Assembly: GCA_964430885.1 (NCBI GenBank)
Contig: CAYSHM010000009.1
Span: 1 to 64,000 of the forward strand
Direction: 5' to 3'
DNA: 64,000 nucleotides
Source of the DNA: an uncultured archaeon
GTDB lineage: Archaea > Thermoplasmatota > Penumbrarchaeia > JASLWR01
This document shows positions 58,785-64,000 of this stretch, piece after piece. Every line of letters begins with the position of its first letter. Within the stretch, counting starts at the first letter, position 1. The position numbers were made by a program, and so were the translations under genes. Under the pieces are notes generated by a model. The model saw only the letters and a program-made list of their open reading frames with translations, was not told the origin of the DNA and made no database searches.

Positions 58785-60071
58785 TTATAACCCCTCCATA
58801 TCTAGATCAATATCATCCAACCATTCGTCATCCTTCTTTTCAGGCTCCGGAGCTGGCGGTGCTCCTACATTGGATCGAACCATTACCGAATCCTCTATCT
58901 CCACATCCCCTCCACCTGCTACGTTAGAACGCTGCATGGTAGTCCCCTTTATGGTGGTCTTTCCGCCACTACCGCCAGCTGGAGGCGGTGCACCTGGTAC
59001 TCCTCCTCCGCCAGATCCGATCTTGGACCTCTGGATAACTGAATCGCTTATGTGTGTGGACTGGTCCTGTATTAGACTGCCTATATTGATCTGAGTCTCT
59101 GTGCTCTTATCAGGTTTGTTGACTGTTATCCAATCCTGTCTCTTATAATTGAATCGATTACGCTGTTCATCGAAGAATACAGTTAGTATTTCAGCTGGAA
59201 TTCTTCCAGCCTCGCTGGCTCTTAGACCAATTGTAACGGTTTCCTCTTCTCCAGCAGGTAAAACCCTTATGGGATCGATAGTACTGACGTCCATTGGCCC
59301 CTTGATCTCAACATGAATGTTGACAATAGAAACATCGGACCTATTAACAACACGGAGTCGAACCTGATCCCAGCTTTTGTACTCGACCTCTTCCTCTATG
59401 ATGTCAAGGAATACTTCCGGTGTGTTTTCAGCAGTCACTCCAGTGAAACCACCAGCCATGCCGGAGCTCTGTTTTCCTGATGGGTCAAGAACTGTGATCC
59501 ATTCATCGAGATAGGTTGGTATGTGCCTGTTGTCCATCTTGCTGTAGGCATCCACGGTAATTCTTATCTGGTTATCGCCTGCATTTTCAAACAATCCTAC
59601 GGCTTTCACGGTAATATCATCCTTAGGCCCAAGCATGGATATGGTATCTATGTCCGTATTCACCTCAATATTGCCGTCGAATTCAATATTGATATCCTTG
59701 GCAGCAACATTCCCTCTATTCTTGATAGCTATCTCGAACTTTCGTTGTCTTCCTGCGACAAATATGTTGTTAAGGTTAGCATCAACAACAATATCAGGCA
59801 TGCTCTTACCGACTTTGCTTTCGGCTGCCATGAGCGCCTGATCCGATAGTCTCTTTGCCTCATCATAGTTCATCTTCTCAAAGATACTATCAGCCTGGCG
59901 TATCAACTCGTTAGATTCATCGAAGTTCAATCCAAATGAGGAATACTGGCTTAAATAAGAAGCAGCCTTGTTGTAGGAATCAAAGGCTTTCTCGAATCTC
60001 TCCTCCCGGGTATTGAAATCATGTTCCACGGCCTTGAGAATGTCCAAGGCTTTCTTGTAATTCTTGTTCAA
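58785..60071 (-). CDS. Coiled-coil plus two Ig/CARDB-like domains plus DSVxQRS repeats
   Basis: Helical N-terminus, IKNRGNVAAKDI and VVNRS..I.NI.V units, three IxDSVxxRS-like repeats; TTG start overlaps the upstream stop. Confidence 0.75.
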   Translation of the reverse strand: MNKNYKKALDILKAVEHDFNTREERFEKAFDSYNKAASYLSQYSSFGLNFDESNELIRQADSIFEKMNYDEAKRLSDQALMAAESKVGKSMPDIVVDANLNNIFVAGRQRKFEIAIKNRGNVAAKDINIEFDGNIEVNTDIDTISMLGPKDDITVKAVGLFENAGDNQIRITVDAYSKMDNRHIPTYLDEWITVLDPSGKQSSGMAGGFTGVTAENTPEVFLDIIEEEVEYKSWDQVRLRVVNRSDVSIVNIHVEIKGPMDVSTIDPIRVLPAGEEETVTIGLRASEAGRIPAEILTVFFDEQRNRFNYKRQDWITVNKPDKSTETQINIGSLIQDQSTHISDSVIQRSKIGSGGGGVPGAPPPAGGSGGKTTIKGTTMQRSNVAGGGDVEIEDSVMVRSNVGAPPAPEPEKKDDEWLDDIDLDMEGL

Positions 60072-61450
60072 CTGCTCACCCCCTTCAGGAGTTTCTTGGC
60101 TTTTTCAATCCTCTCCTCCAGATCATCGGTGATAAGCTTGTAGCTGGCCTTGGACCCAATTCTGTTCTCAAGCTCTTCCATGATCTTCTTAGCGGATTCG
60201 AAGTTTTCCACAGTTTCATTTCCATCGTTATAGGCGCTTCTAGCTTTTTCCCTCGCTTGATCGTAAACGCCCTTTGAAAAATAATCTTTAGCGCTGTCGT
60301 AATTGGCCACTGAATTCTTATCTTTGGCCCCAAGTTTGTTCATCTTGTCTATTATATCGCTGGTCTTGTCAAGGAATTCCTTGGCTGTTGTGAACCTGTC
60401 CCTCAACTCTGTAGCATCTCTCTTAAGGTTAACGGCTTTGTCCTTGGCTTTGCCGAGATCGCCACTGTCCAGTATTTTCTCAAGTTTATTGATGGATGCC
60501 TCAAGTTCAGTTACCTTTGCATTTTCATTCTTGAGTGATTTTATTGTGCCGAATACCTCTACGATCTCCTTTGTGCTGGAATCCACCTTGGAAAAATATG
60601 ATTTCAAAGCATCATATATGGTTTGGAATGCCTCTTCCATCCTGTTCATTGCCCTATCATAACCCATACCTGTGAAGCTCCCTCCCCTTTTGGCCTTTTT
60701 CGCTTCAGTAAATTTATCATCAATGAGTTTCAGGTCTGCATTTTTGAATTCCTTTTTGACCTTGTTTCTCAGCTCCTTGAGCCTTTTGAAATCAACTGCA
60801 ATAGATTTTCTCCTAGATGTGATAGGTCTGATGAAATAGAATATTGCCATAATGACCACTATCACCAAAGGACCCACCCATGCAAAGGAAATCCCCGCAT
60901 CATTCATGAACACATATGACGCGACTGCAAGGGTCCAGGTGAGTGTACCTGAAAAGAGAGTGTGGAAGAATCCGGCCCCTGAACCGCGGTTGGTAAGTCC
61001 CAGGAAGGTCAGAAGTCCTCCCAAAAGAAAGATCATCTGGAAAAATCCTTCAGCATTGCCAAGGAGCGCGGCATTGTGAATAAGCCCGGTCTTTATCTCG
61101 TCAATTCCCTTTTCAGCTCCGATTATCATGGGACCGCAGAAGAAGATAAGACTTGCCATTGTCAGGATTATTACCCATCCTTTGGTGGCCTCCCTACTAC
61201 TCCGCTTTGATATTCTCTGGACCAGAAAGAATAGTCCGATGATGGTTCCAAGAATTATCAAGGTCTCGATAATTCCGATCATGAACATCCAGCCAGTAGG
61301 CCTTAGTTTGTCCATCAAGGTACCGTGGTTCCCAGTCACAAAAACTCCGAATGCTGTATAGGCGAACATAACAGCTAACCCACCGGCAATTATTGCCCAG
61401 AATAGAGTGCTTATTCCCCATTTAGATCTAAGATAGTTCACATGAATCAT
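60068..61450 (-). CDS. Multi-TM membrane protein with long C-terminal coiled-coil
   Basis: About 6 TMs followed by ~250 aa of helical K/E/A-rich sequence. Confidence 0.75.
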   Translation of the reverse strand: MIHVNYLRSKWGISTLFWAIIAGGLAVMFAYTAFGVFVTGNHGTLMDKLRPTGWMFMIGIIETLIILGTIIGLFFLVQRISKRSSREATKGWVIILTMASLIFFCGPMIIGAEKGIDEIKTGLIHNAALLGNAEGFFQMIFLLGGLLTFLGLTNRGSGAGFFHTLFSGTLTWTLAVASYVFMNDAGISFAWVGPLVIVVIMAIFYFIRPITSRRKSIAVDFKRLKELRNKVKKEFKNADLKLIDDKFTEAKKAKRGGSFTGMGYDRAMNRMEEAFQTIYDALKSYFSKVDSSTKEIVEVFGTIKSLKNENAKVTELEASINKLEKILDSGDLGKAKDKAVNLKRDATELRDRFTTAKEFLDKTSDIIDKMNKLGAKDKNSVANYDSAKDYFSKGVYDQAREKARSAYNDGNETVENFESAKKIMEELENRIGSKASYKLITDDLEERIEKAKKLLKGVSS

Positions 61451-61673
61451 GCTAATTCTTCCCTGTTTTTTTCAAGAATAATTCAGATATGAAATAATGT
61501 AGAAACAAGGACAAGTATTTTTATTTTGCTTTTGTTTTCAAATGCCTGTTGAATTCACTGGTGAATTTAAAAAATTAAAAATTTGGTGGTTTTTCCTTCA
61601 AAATCCCGCTTTTGAGGTTTTAATTGCCGTTCAATATTGAATAATCAATCATAATTCGCCAATGGTAATTCCT

Positions 61674-62702
61674 CTAGAAAGTAAGTATCTCATAATCCCA
61701 TAGTATACTGTCACCGTTCTTGAGGATGAATTTGTCCGCTCCTACCATTGGGAGTTCCTCGTTCACCCAGAATTGCCAGTACTTACCTCCATCGCCATTG
61801 ATGTCAGGTCCTATTGAGTCCACAAGGGATGAATCGAATGATTCATAATAAGTATAGTTAAATTTCAGGTTGTTCCGGCGGCAGACATCCTTCAGTACGA
61901 CAAATGCATTATTTTTCTCCATGTTGACAATATAGAAATCGGTTATCTCCCAATCATCACCTTTGAGGGTGATCTTAACGGATGATGAGTCAGGGTTCTC
62001 TGGCCACATTTCGCTCCTCTCTGGAACCCTGGCAGTAGTGCCTGTGAAAGATACAATGCATATTACTAGGGTTACTGCCACGACTAAGGCCTTCCGTGGG
62101 ATCGCAAATCTTTTCAGCTCGACAAACCCGACCTTGTTCTTGTACAGATATACCGCTGGCAGACCGATCAATATGAAGGTGAGGGCGCCGGAAACTGCAT
62201 GATATATCATGAATGGAAGTCCCGCAGCGAACACTGCTCTGAGATATCCCAATGTATGAGGATAAAGAAGGTACCACCATCCGATATTGGTCCAGACATC
62301 GTAGATCAGGGAAAGTCCAACGCCTATGCCTCCCACAATTGCAAATTCTTTGACTCCAAGTTTCTTAATCCATCCATCGATATTTTTCCGATTGAGTATG
62401 TTAATCAAGGCCATTATGGCAAAACCGGAATAGGTGAAGAGCACTATCCGGTTCATATCGCTCCCGATAAAAATCGGGTTTCCTATAAGAAGGTCGCTGA
62501 TTACCATGCAGATAAGGGGAATGAACCAGGAAATGGAGGGAATAAGGAGCATAGCTCCAATGAATGTTACCACCATTATCAGTTCGAAATTGGGGAATGG
62601 CTGAAGATTGTAATCAACCAGTAAAAAGCGCCCTAAACTGCCGATTATTATCAATATTAGAAGTAATATGCCTCGCTTGACGGTCAAATCCTTGTTCATC
62701 AT
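61674..62702 (-). CDS. ECF S-component-like membrane protein fused to a DUF4430 (transcobalamin-like) domain
   Basis: R......PNF, P..M.ISD..IG, TN...W...YP.TL..L.....GLPF; C-terminal VDSIG...G..YWQFWVN......GA....L..GD.I.W. Confidence 0.72.
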   Translation of the reverse strand: MMNKDLTVKRGILLLILIIIGSLGRFLLVDYNLQPFPNFELIMVVTFIGAMLLIPSISWFIPLICMVISDLLIGNPIFIGSDMNRIVLFTYSGFAIMALINILNRKNIDGWIKKLGVKEFAIVGGIGVGLSLIYDVWTNIGWWYLLYPHTLGYLRAVFAAGLPFMIYHAVSGALTFILIGLPAVYLYKNKVGFVELKRFAIPRKALVVAVTLVICIVSFTGTTARVPERSEMWPENPDSSSVKITLKGDDWEITDFYIVNMEKNNAFVVLKDVCRRNNLKFNYTYYESFDSSLVDSIGPDINGDGGKYWQFWVNEELPMVGADKFILKNGDSILWDYEILTF

Positions 62703-62854
62703 TCACACCCTTTTTCCATAGATTGTCAAAATTTTTGAATCAATAAAGGTAATGTTCCAGTGTCATCAAAGGGAACTATTGTCCTGTATATATATTATTT
62801 TCTTTCCTGAATACAGCATATAGAACTGGAAATAATGGCCAATAAACTATTTGT

Positions 62855-63475
62855 CTACCAATATCTTTCCTCTTTCCAGGGGTCTCCGTGCATATGATAA
62901 CCATTCCTCTCCCAGAATCCTGCTCGATCTTTCTCCATGAATTCGATCCCTGTCACCCATTTGGCGCTCTTCCAGAAATACAATCTAGGAACTACAAGCC
63001 TTACTGGAGCTCCATGGGGTGCATTAAGCGCCTTTCCGTTATGTGAAAACGCCAACAGGACATCTTCTTGAAAAAGATCAACCAATGGTATATTGGTAGT
63101 GAAATTCTCATGAGCATGGATCATTGCATATTTTGCTTTGGTGGATATCTTTACAAGATCCTTTATGGTCAGGGAACTGACCCCTTCCCAGTAATTATCC
63201 AGTAAAGACCATGTTGTTACACAGTGTATATCGGAAAACACTCTGGTCCTTGGCAGCTGGAAAAAATCCTTTTTGGTCAGTACAACCTCCCTATCCACAA
63301 GTCCGAATATCCTGAATGTCCATTTCGTATCAAGCCGGGGTATCCTGCCGTGGTGAAGGACTGGCCAATTATCAGCTAGATGCTGACCGGGCGGGATGCG
63401 GTTGGACCTTTTAGTGTCAGGACTAATGATAGTTCTCATTTTTTCCACCGGGTCAGTGTGAATGCTAAAATCCAT
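62855..63475 (-). CDS. Sulfite-oxidase-family molybdopterin oxidoreductase (YuiH/MsrP-like catalytic domain)
   Basis: R.PPGQ, DIHCVT.WS, WEGV, HG.P.RLVVP.LY.WKSAKW, GFWERNGYH. Confidence 0.92.
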   Translation of the reverse strand: MDFSIHTDPVEKMRTIISPDTKRSNRIPPGQHLADNWPVLHHGRIPRLDTKWTFRIFGLVDREVVLTKKDFFQLPRTRVFSDIHCVTTWSLLDNYWEGVSSLTIKDLVKISTKAKYAMIHAHENFTTNIPLVDLFQEDVLLAFSHNGKALNAPHGAPVRLVVPRLYFWKSAKWVTGIEFMEKDRAGFWERNGYHMHGDPWKEERYW

Positions 63476-63509
63476 ACTATGGTTATTGAATTAGCACTAC
63501 AGGATATGA

Positions 63510-63998
63510 TTATTTTTGCTCAGAGTCATGGGTGGATAAAGTCTGGTTACTGTAATCGGGATTAGCTCCAGAGGGCGGAGCGGCTGAAGTTGGAGAAGCT
63601 GGAGCGAATGCTCCTGTGGTGCCTAGTCCCGCTTTCAATGCAGCCTGTTTCTGTTTTTGCTTTGATATTATCATGAAACCGACCATAAGTAAGGTGAATC
63701 CAATGACGCATCCGCCTATCATTGCCGGCATGGCCCATGAATCACGGGTGTAAGGAGTAGTGATGTAGATCTGAGCATTTTGGGTAGCCCTGACGTTATA
63801 TGATCCCTTGCTGGGTGCATGAAAGGAACCGTATTTCACCCATTCTTCATATTCCGTCTCGTACCAATAATCCGATTCCATTATGCCTATCTCCTCATTC
63901 GTGGAAGTGGTAATGGTAACGGTTCCGGGTTCGTTGCTCTCAATTATATCGTATTCACCGTATTTGTTAACATACCATATCTGGTATTTCCCCTCGTC
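63510..63998 (-). CDS. Membrane-anchored hypothetical protein (5' end outside the window)
   Basis: Frame stays open from the window end (DEGKYQIWY...) into the ORF-track ORF; one TM and a P/A/S-rich tail. Confidence 0.7.
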   Translation of the reverse strand, partial: DEGKYQIWYVNKYGEYDIIESNEPGTVTITTSTNEEIGIMESDYWYETEYEEWVKYGSFHAPSKGSYNVRATQNAQIYITTPYTRDSWAMPAMIGGCVIGFTLLMVGFMIISKQKQKQAALKAGLGTTGAFAPASPTSAAPPSGANPDYSNQTLSTHDSEQK

Positions 63999-64000
63999 AA

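Noticed and set aside
62703-62854. Cobalamin riboswitch upstream of the DUF4430 fusion
   Set aside because: Short AT-rich spacer with no recognisable B12-box or stems.

Overview
Gene-dense archaeal chromosomal window. Gene content (aTrm56 next to an HD gene, A-type ATPase, exosome-family genes, CCA-less tRNA, many large C-terminally anchored surface proteins) points to an uncultured Thermoplasmatota-like euryarchaeon; this is an inference. It carries purine/MTA salvage genes, a DtxR-feoAB iron operon with two operator palindromes, a three-gene type IV pilus/T2SS motor, a partial Na+-type A-ATPase operon (H,I,K,E,C,F; no A,B,D), tRNA-Thr(CGT), several large secreted multidomain proteins and two pseudogenes. 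No CRISPR array, integrase or transposase was recognised. Main findings: (1) an orphan Rrp41/Rrp42 pair with intact ORFs in which the catalytic, phosphate-binding and RNA-binding residues I could align are replaced, a candidate inert or repurposed exosome-like ring; (2) an ATPase c-subunit fused to a signal peptide and a Ca2+-binding DxDxDG repeat; (3) a box C/D guide sRNA missed by the ORF track; (4) a coupled three-gene envelope operon with DSVxQRS repeats; (5) an Ig-like repeat shared by three surface proteins. All family calls come from recognising motifs by eye; no database search was run.
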